Shown here: piece after piece, positions 8,217 to 18,506 of the stretch
How the letters are laid out: every line of letters starts with the position of its first letter
Position numbering within the stretch: position 1 is the first letter of the stretch
Source: Nitrospinota bacterium
Lineage (GTDB): Bacteria > Nitrospinota_A > UBA7883 > JBLYYQ01
Reading direction: 5' to 3'
DNA length: 42,459 nucleotides
Assembly (NCBI GenBank): GCA_048550035.1
Contig: JBLYYQ010000011.1
Location: forward strand, 1-42,459
Position numbers and translations under genes: made by a program
Notes under the pieces: model-generated
The model's database searches: none
Told to the model about the DNA's origin: nothing
What the model saw: only the letters and a program-made list of their open reading frames with translations

Positions 8217-8754
8217 TATTGTGTCAACGATAATTTCAAAAATTACGAGCGAGTTTGAAGGAAGTGATACGATTTTGTTTGCTCATTCGTTTAAGGGTGA
8301 TGATACTGTAGTAGTCAAGTCTGATTCAATCTTAGAGCTCCTTAAATTCTTAAAGAATGATTCAACCTTAAACTACTCAATGTTGTTAGATATCACTGCT
8401 GCTGATTACTTAAAAGGGAGGTCTATCAAACCTGCTAACCGAAAACTTCAGCCATATCTTGACGAGGGCAACTATCGATTTGAAGTTGTCTATCACCTTT
8501 ACTCATTTTTAAAAAATCATACTATAAGAGTCAAAGTTCCACTTAAAATGGAATCTCTTAACCTTAACTCGGTAACTAGTTTCTATCCTGGTGCATCGTG
8601 GTTAGAGCGTGAAGTATGGGATATGTATGGAATAAAATTTTTGGCTCATCCTGATCTTCGTCGAATATTACTGTATGAAGAGTTTGAAGGCCATCCATTA
8701 CGTAAAGATTATGAAAAAACTAAAAGACAGCCATTAATAGGTCCGACAAATTAG
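8197..8754 (+). CDS. nuoC: NADH-quinone oxidoreductase subunit C
   Basis: FEVVYHLYSF...IRVKV...SVTSFYPGASWLEREVWDMYGIKFLAHPDLRRILL is the 30-kDa subunit signature. The start is uncertain (ATG 8197 overlaps the nuoB end; GTG 8221 is an alternative). Confidence 0.9.
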   Translation: MGRVEDSIVSTIISKITSEFEGSDTILFAHSFKGDDTVVVKSDSILELLKFLKNDSTLNYSMLLDITAADYLKGRSIKPANRKLQPYLDEGNYRFEVVYHLYSFLKNHTIRVKVPLKMESLNLNSVTSFYPGASWLEREVWDMYGIKFLAHPDLRRILLYEEFEGHPLRKDYEKTKRQPLIGPTN

Positions 8755-8766
8755 ATAAAATAATAT

Positions 8767-9978
8767 ATGACTCTAGATAATAAAGAAACTCCTAGTTTCC
8801 ATACAACAGAACATACAGATCTGTTTACCATTAACATGGGACCATCTCATCCGGCAACGCATGGGACAGTTAAATTTTTAGTATCATTAGATGGTGAAAT
8901 AATTGAGAAACTAGATGTAGAGATTGGCTACCTCCATCGTGGATTTGAGAAAGAGTGCGAGGCACAAAAATGGAATGGGATATTCCCATTTACAGATAGG
9001 CTAGATTATACGGCTGCTTCGTTAAATAGTATAGGATGTGCGCTTGCTATTGAGAAGCTAATCGGGATAGAGTTGCCAGAGCGTGCTACCTATCTTAGAA
9101 TGATTATGTCTGAGCTATCACGTCTATCAGGTCATTATACATGTCTTGGCGCAGCAGCGTTAGAGCTAGGTGCGATGACTGCATTTTTATATTTCGTAGA
9201 GGCACGTGAATTGGTCTGGGATCTCATTGAAGCTGCTTCGGGAGCAAGGCTTACACATAATTACGTTAGGGTGGGTGGTCTAAATAGCGATCTGCCAAAA
9301 GATTTCAAAGCCAATGTTAAATCAATTTTCAAAAAGAACAAAGAGTTCTATGACAAGTTTGCCAAATTACTTTTGAAGAATAGAATCTTCATTGATCGTA
9401 TGAAAGATATTGGTGGTATATCAGGCGAGGATGCTATTGCATGGGGATTTACAGGACCATGCCTTAGAGCTGCCGGAATTGCTTATGATGTTAGAAAAGC
9501 TAGCCCATACTTAGCATACGATAAGGTAGATTTTGAAATGCCAATCGGAACAACAGGTGACAACCTAGATAGATTTATGGTTAGGATGGAAGAGATTGTT
9601 CAATCGATATCAATTATAGAACAGGCATTAGAAATGCTACCTGATGGTCCTATAAACATTGATGATCCTAGGTATCGTCAGCCATCAAAAGATAGAATCC
9701 ATAAAGATATGGAGTCTATGATATTTCATTTCAAGAGTGAGATTGATGGGATTCAGGTTCCAGCAGGGGAGACCTATCTTGCAGTAGAAGGTGCGAATGG
9801 AGAGTTAGGATTTTATGTTGTGAGTGATGGGTCAGGCTACCCATTAAAACTTAGAGTGAGACCACCTTGCTTTCAGATAACAAGTGCATTACCAAAACTG
9901 ATAAAGGGGGCGCTCCTTTCTGACCTCATTCCAACCTTTGATATGATTAATCTGATCGGTGGTGAATGTGATCGATAA
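8767..9978 (+). CDS. nuoD: NADH-quinone oxidoreductase subunit D
   Basis: INMGPSHPATHGTVKF...GYLHRGFEK...RVRPPCF...IGGECDR is the 49-kDa subunit signature. Confidence 0.96.
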   Translation: MTLDNKETPSFHTTEHTDLFTINMGPSHPATHGTVKFLVSLDGEIIEKLDVEIGYLHRGFEKECEAQKWNGIFPFTDRLDYTAASLNSIGCALAIEKLIGIELPERATYLRMIMSELSRLSGHYTCLGAAALELGAMTAFLYFVEARELVWDLIEAASGARLTHNYVRVGGLNSDLPKDFKANVKSIFKKNKEFYDKFAKLLLKNRIFIDRMKDIGGISGEDAIAWGFTGPCLRAAGIAYDVRKASPYLAYDKVDFEMPIGTTGDNLDRFMVRMEEIVQSISIIEQALEMLPDGPINIDDPRYRQPSKDRIHKDMESMIFHFKSEIDGIQVPAGETYLAVEGANGELGFYVVSDGSGYPLKLRVRPPCFQITSALPKLIKGALLSDLIPTFDMINLIGGECDR

Positions 9979-9998
9979 TATATACTATAGGAGTTTTG

Positions 9999-11084
9999 AT
10001 GAGTAATCCGGCATTGATTGAGACTCTTGCAAAAATTTTATTTGTATTTGGATTAAACTTAGGTTTCTTTGCTCCGATGTTGGCATGGGTTGAGCGGAAG
10101 CAGTCTGCCTTGATGCAAGATAGGATCGGTGCTAATCGTGCTGCAATATTTGGGTTTACAATTATTGGACTATTTCATTCATTGGCCGATCTCATTAAAC
10201 TTGTATTCAAAGAAGATTTCATCCCAGAAGGTGCTGATAAATTTTTCCATAGGATAGCCCCTGTTATAGCTTTGACCCCTGCACTTGTTGCATTTGCGGT
10301 CATTCCATTTGGTGGCCAATATGTTATTGCAGGTCATCAGGTGAACCTTGTGGTAGCTGATCTTGATATAGGTCTTCTTTATGTCTTTGCAATTACATCA
10401 CTTGCAACATATGGGGTTGTTTTAGCTGGCTGGTCATCTAACAATAACTGGGCACTACTAGGGGCGTTGCGCGGTGCTGCTCAAATGTTTTCATATGAAG
10501 TTACGATGGGCTTAGCGATCATATCGCTGGCAATGTACTACCAGTCTCTCTCACTTGTTGAGATTGTAAGTAAGCAAGCAGATTTCTTTCATTGGGGTAT
10601 TATCTGGCATTTCCCAGCTTTTATACTATATATGACCTGTGCGATCGCCGAGAACAAAAGAATTCCGTTTGATATTCCTGAGGCTGAGTCTGAGCTAGTA
10701 GCTGGCTATTTTACAGAATACTCTGGTGTGAAGTTCATAATGTTCTGGACAGCTGAATTTATTGAAATGGTTACGATTAGTGGGCTTTCGGTTGTCCTCT
10801 TTTTAGGTGGACACCATATTCCGTTTGTCACTGTTGACCAGTTAGTAGAGCTATTTGGTGGTGGGGATCTTGGTAATATTATTGCAATGATTATTGGAGT
10901 AAAAGTCTTTTTGCTTAAACTTTCTGCTTTAATATATATTCAGATGATTATTAGGTGGACATTGCCTAGATTTAGATATGACCAGGTTATGAAGCTAGGG
11001 TGGAAAATGATTTTACCTTGCTCATTAGCATGGATTTTAATAACGGGTGTTCTATTATTAATAGGAGTAATGCCAACTCCGTAA
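9999..11084 (+). CDS. nuoH: NADH-quinone oxidoreductase subunit H
   Basis: Polytopic membrane protein. ERKQSALMQDRIGANR and AENKRIPFDIPEAESELVAGYFTEYSG are NuoH/ND1 signatures. The ATG at 9999 (AGGAG at 9989-9993) is preferred over the TTG at 9996. Confidence 0.94.
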   Translation: MSNPALIETLAKILFVFGLNLGFFAPMLAWVERKQSALMQDRIGANRAAIFGFTIIGLFHSLADLIKLVFKEDFIPEGADKFFHRIAPVIALTPALVAFAVIPFGGQYVIAGHQVNLVVADLDIGLLYVFAITSLATYGVVLAGWSSNNNWALLGALRGAAQMFSYEVTMGLAIISLAMYYQSLSLVEIVSKQADFFHWGIIWHFPAFILYMTCAIAENKRIPFDIPEAESELVAGYFTEYSGVKFIMFWTAEFIEMVTISGLSVVLFLGGHHIPFVTVDQLVELFGGGDLGNIIAMIIGVKVFLLKLSALIYIQMIIRWTLPRFRYDQVMKLGWKMILPCSLAWILITGVLLLIGVMPTP

Positions 11085-11118
11085 AATAGGTTAAAGTACG
11101 GATTGAAAGTAAGTTGAT

Positions 11119-11721
11119 ATGGCTATTAATGTAAAAAGGATTGAACGAGCAGCAGAGCTTACTCTGTTAGAGAGAGTATATATTGTAGAAGTTCTGCGAG
11201 GGCTTGGAATAACTATGAGAAGGTTCTTTTATAATTTCAAGCATCTTTTTGGTGAGTTTATTCTACGCCGAGGTAGAGCTTCTCGCTCCATTATGACTGT
11301 CATGTATCCTGAGGAGACATTACCATTTCCTGCCGCATTTAGAGGCAGGCCAGTTTTGATAGTGGGATCAGATGGTAATGATCGTTGTGTTGCTTGCGGA
11401 TTATGTGAAGCAGCCTGTCCTCCTCTTTGCATCAACATTAAAGGGGGAATGAGAGATGATGGCTCATACTACCCTCTGAAATATACTTTAGATGGTGGAA
11501 AATGTATCTTTTGTGGGCGATGCGAGGAAGTCTGTCCTAAACGTGCCATTGTTATGTCTCATGAGTGTAAAGATATCTCTGTCTACGATCGTGAGAACTT
11601 AGTATACGAAAAGGAAGATTTGTCACGAACTGTTAAGCAGGTTACTCCTAGATTGTTTTTTATACAAAATAACTCTTTTTCTAAAAAAAGATATCCGAGT
11701 CTGGAAGATCAAAATGGTTGA
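11119..11721 (+). CDS. nuoI: NADH-quinone oxidoreductase subunit I (2x[4Fe-4S])
   Basis: CVACGLCEAACP and CIFCGRCEEVCP motifs, plus YPEE...FRGR and LVYEKEDL blocks typical of NuoI. Confidence 0.92.
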   Translation: MAINVKRIERAAELTLLERVYIVEVLRGLGITMRRFFYNFKHLFGEFILRRGRASRSIMTVMYPEETLPFPAAFRGRPVLIVGSDGNDRCVACGLCEAACPPLCINIKGGMRDDGSYYPLKYTLDGGKCIFCGRCEEVCPKRAIVMSHECKDISVYDRENLVYEKEDLSRTVKQVTPRLFFIQNNSFSKKRYPSLEDQNG

Positions 11722-12220
11722 AACTCTAGTATTTTATAGTGTTGCGATAATCTCGATTGTGGCGGCAGTTGCGATGATAACATCAAAAAAAGCTATCAGC
11801 AGTGCGGTTAATCTTATATTGATTATGTTCTTGCTTGCAGTTCTATTTGTATTGCAACAGGCAGAACTTGTCGCTGCCATACAGGTTTTAGTTTACGCAG
11901 GTGCAATTATGGTCTTATTTGTCTTTGTTATCATGCTACTTAATGCTGATGAAAAAAGTGGATCATTGGCATTGAATATACCGGCGATTCAGATTGCAAT
12001 TGCTATTTTAATTACTTTTTCACTATCGTTTGTGATTGGATTTTATGAGCCAGACAAGCTCTTAGATGGTGCGGCAGCTGTTGGTAACGACTTTGGGACA
12101 GCTACAGCGCTCGGGCGATTGCTCTACACAGAGAATATACTCCCATTTGAGATTGTCTCAATCCTCTTGCTTGTGGCACTAGTTGGTGCTGTAATGTTAA
12201 CAAAAAGAAAGCTTAGATGA
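11714..12220 (+). CDS. nuoJ: NADH-quinone oxidoreductase subunit J
   Basis: 168-aa polytopic membrane protein. VAAIQVLVYAGAIMVLFVFVIML is the NuoJ/ND6 block. It lies between nuoI and nuoK. Confidence 0.88.
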   Translation: MVETLVFYSVAIISIVAAVAMITSKKAISSAVNLILIMFLLAVLFVLQQAELVAAIQVLVYAGAIMVLFVFVIMLLNADEKSGSLALNIPAIQIAIAILITFSLSFVIGFYEPDKLLDGAAAVGNDFGTATALGRLLYTENILPFEIVSILLLVALVGAVMLTKRKLR

Positions 12221-12235
12221 TAAACTGATTTTAAA

Positions 12236-12550
12236 ATGGATATCTTAACTGTAACATCAACACATTACATAGCATTGAGTGCGATCCTTTTTGCGATTGG
12301 CTTTGCTGGAGTATTAACTAGGCGGAATATAATTATCGTCCTAATGTCTATTGAGCTGATGCTTAATGGGTCAAACTTGGCATTTGTAACATTTGCCAGA
12401 GATTTAAATGATATGACCACTCAGATTTTTGTTCTGATGGTTATTGCAGTTGCGGCTGCTGAAGCAGCAGTAGGACTTGGAATAGTGCTACTTTTGTTTA
12501 GAAACACGAAAAGTGTTAATATCGATGATATTAACTCACTGAAAGGTTGA
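12236..12550 (+). CDS. nuoK: NADH-quinone oxidoreductase subunit K
   Basis: 104-aa protein with three TM segments. [16 protein letters not shown]...[11 protein letters not shown] is the NuoK/ND4L signature. Confidence 0.93.
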   Translation: MDILTVTSTHYIALSAILFAIGFAGVLTRRNIIIVLMSIELMLNGSNLAFVTFARDLNDMTTQIFVLMVIAVAAAEAAVGLGIVLLLFRNTKSVNIDDINSLKG

Positions 12551-12566
12551 TCTAAGGGTTTATATT

Positions 12567-14522
12567 ATGATCGGACTAGAATATATTTGGGCAGTGCCAC
12601 TATTGCCACTTATAGGCTCGCTCCTCTGTGCGCTTAGTCGTCATTCTAAGAAGATGGTTACCCTCTTTGCCCTCGGGACAACTGGGCTCTCATTTCTTAT
12701 TGCAATTGTTGCATTCGTTAATCTGCTTGGACTAGCAGCTAATGATCGAATTCATGAATCAATCCTCTTTAACTGGATTGAGGCAGGGAGCTTTGTAGCA
12801 GAATTTGGTATTCAGCTTGATCCATTATCTGCAACATGGATGCTAATGGTAACCGGTGTTGGATTCCTGATTCACCTTTATTCTGTTGGCTATATGGCTA
12901 AAGAAGATGGATACTACCGCTATTTTTCATTTTTAAATCTATTTATGTTCTCAATGCTAATTTTAGTATTAGCAAATAATTACCTTTTAATGTTTATTGG
13001 CTGGGAGGGGGTCGGACTCTGTTCGTACCTACTGATTGGCTATTATTATGAGACCGACTCTGCTCCAGAAGCAGGCAAGAAAGCATTTGTTATGAACAGA
13101 GTTGGTGACTTTGCATTTATTATTGCTATCATTGCCATCTTTGGGCTAACAGGCTCCATTGATTATAATCAGGTGATGACATACGCTACTCAGAATCCTG
13201 CATTATTACAAGAGACTTTGCTTTTTGGTTTAACTGGAGCAACTTTTATAACATTACTCCTCTTTATAGGAGCAACCGGTAAATCGGCTCAAATCCCCCT
13301 ATTTACATGGCTGCCTGACGCAATGGAAGGACCTACACCGGTCTCGGCCTTAATTCATGCTGCAACGATGGTGACAGCTGGTATATATATGCTTGCTAGG
13401 TCAGCTCCACTTTTTGAGCTTGCACCGATAACTATGATTATCGTTGCGATTACGGGGGGTGTTACAGCCCTTTTTGCGGCAACTATTGGAATGTGGCAGT
13501 ATGATATCAAGCGTGTATTAGCATATTCAACTGTTTCGCAACTTGGCTATATGTTCTTAGCCTGCGGGATTGGTGCGTATATGGCTGCGGTCTTTCATGT
13601 GATGACACATGCATTCTTTAAAGCTGCTCTATTCTTAAGCTCAGGTTCGGTTATCCATGGGATGAGTGGTGAGCAGGATATAAGAAAGATGGGTGGGCTA
13701 CGAAAAAAAATGCCAATCACTCATGCTAGCTTTCTTATCTCAACTCTTGCGATCGCAGGAATACCGCCGATGGCTGGGTTCTTCTCTAAAGATGAGATAC
13801 TACTTGAGCTATTCTTAGGGCAGACCGAAGGGCATCTTATTTATTGGGCGATGGCAACTTTTGCATCAGCTATCACTGCTTTTTATATGTTTAGACTCTA
13901 CTACCTCACTTTTGCAGGTGAAAATCGAACTGAAGATGAAACGGTAAAAGATGCTATTCATGAATCGCCTGCCACCATGACTATCCCATTAGTAGTCTTA
14001 GCATTTCTCGCTATTACTGGCGGTCTACTAGGGTTACCAATCAATAAAAATTGGCATGCAATCTCAAATTTCTTAGCACCTCTATTTGTAACAGGAGCTG
14101 AAACGGAAGGACACCATATCTCAGTTGCAATGGAATTTGCTTTTATGGGCGCTTCTGTGACGGTTGCGATAATTGGAATAGCAATTGCCAGGTTTTTTTA
14201 TCTGACCCACCTTCCAAAAGCTATATCGCTTGCTAAACGAGGAGGTCCCCTTAATTTTATATATTGGATAGTGCAGAAAAAATATTTTATTGATGAACTG
14301 TATAATATATTTATTGTCGAACCTTTGAACTGGCTTTATGACAATCTTTTTTACAAAATATTCGATGTCAAAGTTATTGATGGATTTGTTAATAATGTCG
14401 CTCGCTTCTTTCTAACTACAGCTTCAATTTTACGTGAGAGCCAAACAGGGCTGCTCCGAAATTATGCTGCTGTTATGATGGCTGGGACATTCTTGTTAAT
14501 TGTTTTATGGGTTTATTCATAA
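12567..14522 (+). CDS. nuoL: NADH-quinone oxidoreductase subunit L
   Basis: 651-aa antiporter-like subunit. GWEGVGLCSYLLIGYYY, GKSAQIPLFTWLPDAMEGPTPVSALIHAATMV, and the long C-terminal region expected for the lateral helix. Confidence 0.94.
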   Translation: MIGLEYIWAVPLLPLIGSLLCALSRHSKKMVTLFALGTTGLSFLIAIVAFVNLLGLAANDRIHESILFNWIEAGSFVAEFGIQLDPLSATWMLMVTGVGFLIHLYSVGYMAKEDGYYRYFSFLNLFMFSMLILVLANNYLLMFIGWEGVGLCSYLLIGYYYETDSAPEAGKKAFVMNRVGDFAFIIAIIAIFGLTGSIDYNQVMTYATQNPALLQETLLFGLTGATFITLLLFIGATGKSAQIPLFTWLPDAMEGPTPVSALIHAATMVTAGIYMLARSAPLFELAPITMIIVAITGGVTALFAATIGMWQYDIKRVLAYSTVSQLGYMFLACGIGAYMAAVFHVMTHAFFKAALFLSSGSVIHGMSGEQDIRKMGGLRKKMPITHASFLISTLAIAGIPPMAGFFSKDEILLELFLGQTEGHLIYWAMATFASAITAFYMFRLYYLTFAGENRTEDETVKDAIHESPATMTIPLVVLAFLAITGGLLGLPINKNWHAISNFLAPLFVTGAETEGHHISVAMEFAFMGASVTVAIIGIAIARFFYLTHLPKAISLAKRGGPLNFIYWIVQKKYFIDELYNIFIVEPLNWLYDNLFYKIFDVKVIDGFVNNVARFFLTTASILRESQTGLLRNYAAVMMAGTFLLIVLWVYS

Positions 14523-14531
14523 GTAGATTAT

Positions 14532-16106
14532 ATGCAAAACATGTTTCCGATACTTACATTTATCATATTCTTCCCGACTCTTGCAGCAGGGTTAATACTC
14601 TTAGTTGATAAAACGAATAAGTCTCTAATTAGAGGAATAACTTTTATTGCTACACTGATTGTTTTCTTAGCATCAATGGGTCTATTCTTTTATTTTAAGA
14701 ACAATGGTGATCCTCAATTTGTAGAAAAATATGACTGGATGCCAGAGTTCGGGATTGAATATTTTGTTGCTGTTGATGGAATATCACTACTACTGATCTT
14801 ACTTACTACATTAACTTGCCTTATTTGTTGTGCATCGACTTTCAAAGCGATTGATAAACATCTAAAAGAGTTTATGGTCCTATTTCTTATATTAGAAACT
14901 GGCATGATTGGTGTCTTTTGTGCACTTGATTTCTTCTTATTTTATGTATTCTGGGAGCTGATGCTCATTCCGATGTATTTTATTATCGGAATTTGGGGAG
15001 GAGCTAGGAAGGTCTATGCCGCCGTAAAGTTTTTCATCTACACAATGTTTGGCTCATTATTAATGTTGGTTGCGATTATCTGGCTTTACTTTCATTTCTT
15101 TCAGATCAATGGGTACTACTCAACAAATATTTTGGCATACCATGGGCTTGCAATTCCACTATCGGCACAGATATGGTTGTTCCTAGCATTCTTTTTAGCT
15201 TTTGCTATTAAGGTGCCACTATTCCCATTTCATACATGGCTACCTGATGCTCATGTTGAGGCGCCGACTGCTGGATCTGTAATCTTAGCTGGAGTGTTGT
15301 TAAAGATGGGAACATATGGGTTTTTACGATTCTCAATTCCTATTTTACCTCTTGCGACTTTTAAGATGATTGCTCCGATCATGATTTTGTCGGTAGTCGG
15401 GATAATTTACGGAGCATGGGTTGCAACTGTACAAAAAGATGTCAAAAAACTTATTGCCTACTCATCTGTTTCGCATTTGGGATTTGTTATGATTGGGATG
15501 TTTGCGTTGACTGTACCTGCAGTTGGAGGAGGGCTGTTGCAGATGGTCAATCATGGGATATCTACTGGCGGACTCTTCCTTGCAGTCGGGATATTGTATG
15601 AAAGGCGTGGATCAAGATTAATTGAAGATTTCGGTGGCATAACAAAAGTGATGCCACTTTTTACAGTTATCTTTATGATCTTAACATTAAGTTCCATAGG
15701 GCTACCTGGTACCAACGGATTTGTAGGTGAGTTTTTAATATTAGTCGGCGCATGGGATCAATATCCTATTGTAGTTATCCTTGCGGCCTCAGGAGTGATC
15801 TGGGCTGCAGTTTATATGCTCTGGATGTTCCAGCGAGTTATGTTTGGGAAAATTACTAATGATAAAAATCTAAAGCTAGCTGATCTTGATTATAGAGAGT
15901 TAGGTTACTTTGCTCCATTAATTGTTTTAGTATTCTTTATAGGAATATATCCTAAACCACTGTTAGAAAAGATTGAACCATCAGTTGTCAAGCTTATCAG
16001 GCAGGTTGAACTAGCAAAAAAAGAGAGTGAAGTTGCAAAACTACTTAATGACAACAAATTGACAATAGACGATTCGGCAATCAAAAATGCAAGGCAGGGC
16101 CACTAG
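14532..16106 (+). CDS. nuoM: NADH-quinone oxidoreductase subunit M
   Basis: FYVFWELMLIPMYFIIGIWGG and KVPLFPFHTWLPDAHVEAPTAGSVILAGVLLKMG are NuoM/ND4 signatures. Confidence 0.94.
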   Translation: MQNMFPILTFIIFFPTLAAGLILLVDKTNKSLIRGITFIATLIVFLASMGLFFYFKNNGDPQFVEKYDWMPEFGIEYFVAVDGISLLLILLTTLTCLICCASTFKAIDKHLKEFMVLFLILETGMIGVFCALDFFLFYVFWELMLIPMYFIIGIWGGARKVYAAVKFFIYTMFGSLLMLVAIIWLYFHFFQINGYYSTNILAYHGLAIPLSAQIWLFLAFFLAFAIKVPLFPFHTWLPDAHVEAPTAGSVILAGVLLKMGTYGFLRFSIPILPLATFKMIAPIMILSVVGIIYGAWVATVQKDVKKLIAYSSVSHLGFVMIGMFALTVPAVGGGLLQMVNHGISTGGLFLAVGILYERRGSRLIEDFGGITKVMPLFTVIFMILTLSSIGLPGTNGFVGEFLILVGAWDQYPIVVILAASGVIWAAVYMLWMFQRVMFGKITNDKNLKLADLDYRELGYFAPLIVLVFFIGIYPKPLLEKIEPSVVKLIRQVELAKKESEVAKLLNDNKLTIDDSAIKNARQGH

Positions 16107-16108
16107 AT

Positions 16109-17566
16109 ATGTTTTTAACCGATAGCATTATTAGACTTGACGCAATTGCTCCTGAAATTGTATTAGCTTTGGTTGCGATTGTTATTTTGATGTTGGAAGT
16201 TTTTGCACATAATCGTGGCAAGCATCTCTTCTGTTATGTAGCGCTAGGAGGGGTTATCTTGGCAGCTGCTTTCACCCTCTTGCTAGTTGGCAAAGAGTTT
16301 ACTACATTTAGCGGACACTATCAGATCGATAGTTTCGGGCTGTTTTTTAAAATCGTTATTTTGATCGGAACAGGATTAACGTTACTAGTTTCAAATCAAT
16401 ATTTGATAGATAGAGGGCTCAATTATGGAGAATACTATGCGTTAATACTATTTTCTGTTGTAGGGCAGTTCATCATAATCTCAGGGAATGACTTGATGAC
16501 AATATTCCTAGGGATAGAGACGATGTCATTATCGCTATATGTTTTGACAGGTTTTGCCCGAGGATCAAACAGTTCAATTGAGGCATCTGCAAAGTATTTT
16601 GTGCTAGGTGCATTAGCAGGTGCAACAATCCTCTATGGGATTGCACTCATATTCGGTGCAACAGCTACTACCAAGTTAAATCTAATCAATGACGCATTAA
16701 CAACAGGGGCAGTTTCATATAACCTTTTAATTGGTGGATTTATACTGTTGCTAGCCGGTCTTGCACTAAAAGTCTCTGTAGTACCATTTCATATGTGGGT
16801 GCCAGATGTTTATCAAGGCGCGCCAACGCCAGTTACAGCTTTTATGGCATCTACTGCAAAAGTTGCTGGGTTTGCTCTCCTTATTAGAATATTAATGGAA
16901 GCATTTTACCCATTATGGGATCATTGGTCATTGATACTATCGATATTGGCTGTCTTAACTATGACAGTCGGAAATATTATTGCACTGGTTCAAGATAATG
17001 TTAAGAGAATGTTGGCCTATTCCTCTATATCACATGTTGGATATATTTTGATCGGTATTGTTGTTGCGACGAATAGTTCAATAGGAGCAACCGCCTTTTA
17101 CCTTCTAGTGTATACCTTCATGACTATCGGCGCATTTGCTATCTTAGCTATAATTGCTGATAAAGATGAACAAAATCTCTCTTTTGAATCGCTTCGAGGG
17201 CTTGGCGCAAAACGACCATTTTTAGCAGCGACTTTTGCTATAATGATCTTTTCGCTGGCTGGCATACCACCCACAGCAGGATTTGTGGGTAAATTTTATA
17301 TATTTATGGCTGCGGTTGAAAACGATTTTTTATGGCTCGCTATTGTTGGTGCATTAAACTCTGTACTATCAGTCTTCTATTATCTGAAAGCTATCATATT
17401 TACTTATTTTAAAGAATATGACACCAAAACCACACTCTTCGAACAGTCTGCTTTGACGCCAATTATGACGATTGCGTTAGTTGTGATGATTTATGGTGCA
17501 TTAGTTATTGGAATTATTCCTGCGGACTATATCGGATTTGCTAAAGCATTTACCATTATAAAGTAA
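16109..17566 (+). CDS. nuoN: NADH-quinone oxidoreductase subunit N
   Basis: FLGIETMSLSLYVL, KVSVVPFHMWVPDVYQGAPTPVTAFM and MLAYSSISHVGY are NuoN/ND2 signatures. It is the last gene of the operon. Confidence 0.93.
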   Translation: MFLTDSIIRLDAIAPEIVLALVAIVILMLEVFAHNRGKHLFCYVALGGVILAAAFTLLLVGKEFTTFSGHYQIDSFGLFFKIVILIGTGLTLLVSNQYLIDRGLNYGEYYALILFSVVGQFIIISGNDLMTIFLGIETMSLSLYVLTGFARGSNSSIEASAKYFVLGALAGATILYGIALIFGATATTKLNLINDALTTGAVSYNLLIGGFILLLAGLALKVSVVPFHMWVPDVYQGAPTPVTAFMASTAKVAGFALLIRILMEAFYPLWDHWSLILSILAVLTMTVGNIIALVQDNVKRMLAYSSISHVGYILIGIVVATNSSIGATAFYLLVYTFMTIGAFAILAIIADKDEQNLSFESLRGLGAKRPFLAATFAIMIFSLAGIPPTAGFVGKFYIFMAAVENDFLWLAIVGALNSVLSVFYYLKAIIFTYFKEYDTKTTLFEQSALTPIMTIALVVMIYGALVIGIIPADYIGFAKAFTIIK

Positions 17567-17718
17567 CAAGCTGTTCGGTATCTCCTTTGACTGCCTAAAC
17601 CCTACTGCTCATGGCTCCTAATCAGAAACATCTTCAGATCATTAGGCAGATTTAGACTGAAGTTCTAACTTTATAGCCCAAACATATTAACCCATTATAT
17701 AAAAAAGGGTATATTTTA

Positions 17719-17727
17719 TGTTATAAT
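17719..17727 (+). promoter_or_regulatory. Putative extended -10 element (TGtTATAAT) upstream of the HEAT-repeat gene
   Basis: TG at 17719-17720 and TATAAT at 17722-17727, about 30 nt before the ATG at 17757. No convincing -35 element. Confidence 0.3.
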
Positions 17728-17756
17728 AGGTAGCGACTTTAAAGGAATACGAGGCG

Positions 17757-18410
17757 ATGATTTTTAAACGATATTTTGAGGTTGCAGGAATAATAACACT
17801 GCTTTTGATTCCAGCCATAGCGCAAGGAGCAGGTATTAGTGTAAACAAAGCAGATCTTATTACTACCTTATCTGGATATCACGGATTGCCAGATGATAAT
17901 TATTTGAAAAAACTTGATCAAGCCGATCTCAACTCTACATTGCAAGAGATTGTTGATGACAAACTCACGCATACATTTGTCCGATCTAGAGCTGTTTATA
18001 TACTCGGAAAGCTTGCTAGCCCAACTGATCTTAATAGCTATCTGAGAGCGAAAATCAAGGAGGAGCAAAACAGTCATGTTAGAGCATCTATGTATGACAC
18101 AATCGGGAAACGTGGTGGCGATGATACTGTTGATATCTTAGATGAAGGACTTTATGATAGCTCTGAGATGGTAAATATGGTTAGTGCAAAACGGCTGTCG
18201 ATTATTGGTAGTGAGGAGGCAAAAGGAAAACTAATGCAAGCTTCAACGAAAGCCAAAAGTGAGTCTATGAGAAAATATATGCGTAAATCGGTTGATCGGC
18301 TAGACAAAATCAAAGAACGGAAAAAAATAGCTATAATTAATCAAGATGATCGACCAGCAAAAAGCAAACAAGCTGAAGGTGAACTTGAAGGTCGTGGATT
18401 GAATTATTGA
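17757..18410 (+). CDS. Secreted HEAT-repeat-like protein
   Basis: Signal peptide MIFKRYFEVAGIITLLLIPAIAQGAG. Repeated blocks of the form xxVRxxAxxxLGKLxxP / xxHVRASMYDTIGKRGG / xMVNMVSAKRLSIIGS resemble HEAT/PBS-lyase repeats. There is no catalytic motif. Confidence 0.6.
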   Translation: MIFKRYFEVAGIITLLLIPAIAQGAGISVNKADLITTLSGYHGLPDDNYLKKLDQADLNSTLQEIVDDKLTHTFVRSRAVYILGKLASPTDLNSYLRAKIKEEQNSHVRASMYDTIGKRGGDDTVDILDEGLYDSSEMVNMVSAKRLSIIGSEEAKGKLMQASTKAKSESMRKYMRKSVDRLDKIKERKKIAIINQDDRPAKSKQAEGELEGRGLNY

Positions 18411-18506
18411 TCAAAATTAGGATACCAACCAATGTTAAAGTGCCTAGCTTCATATAGTGATTTCAAATCTAAAGTACAGACTTTCATCTAAAGAAAGTGA
18501 AATTAT

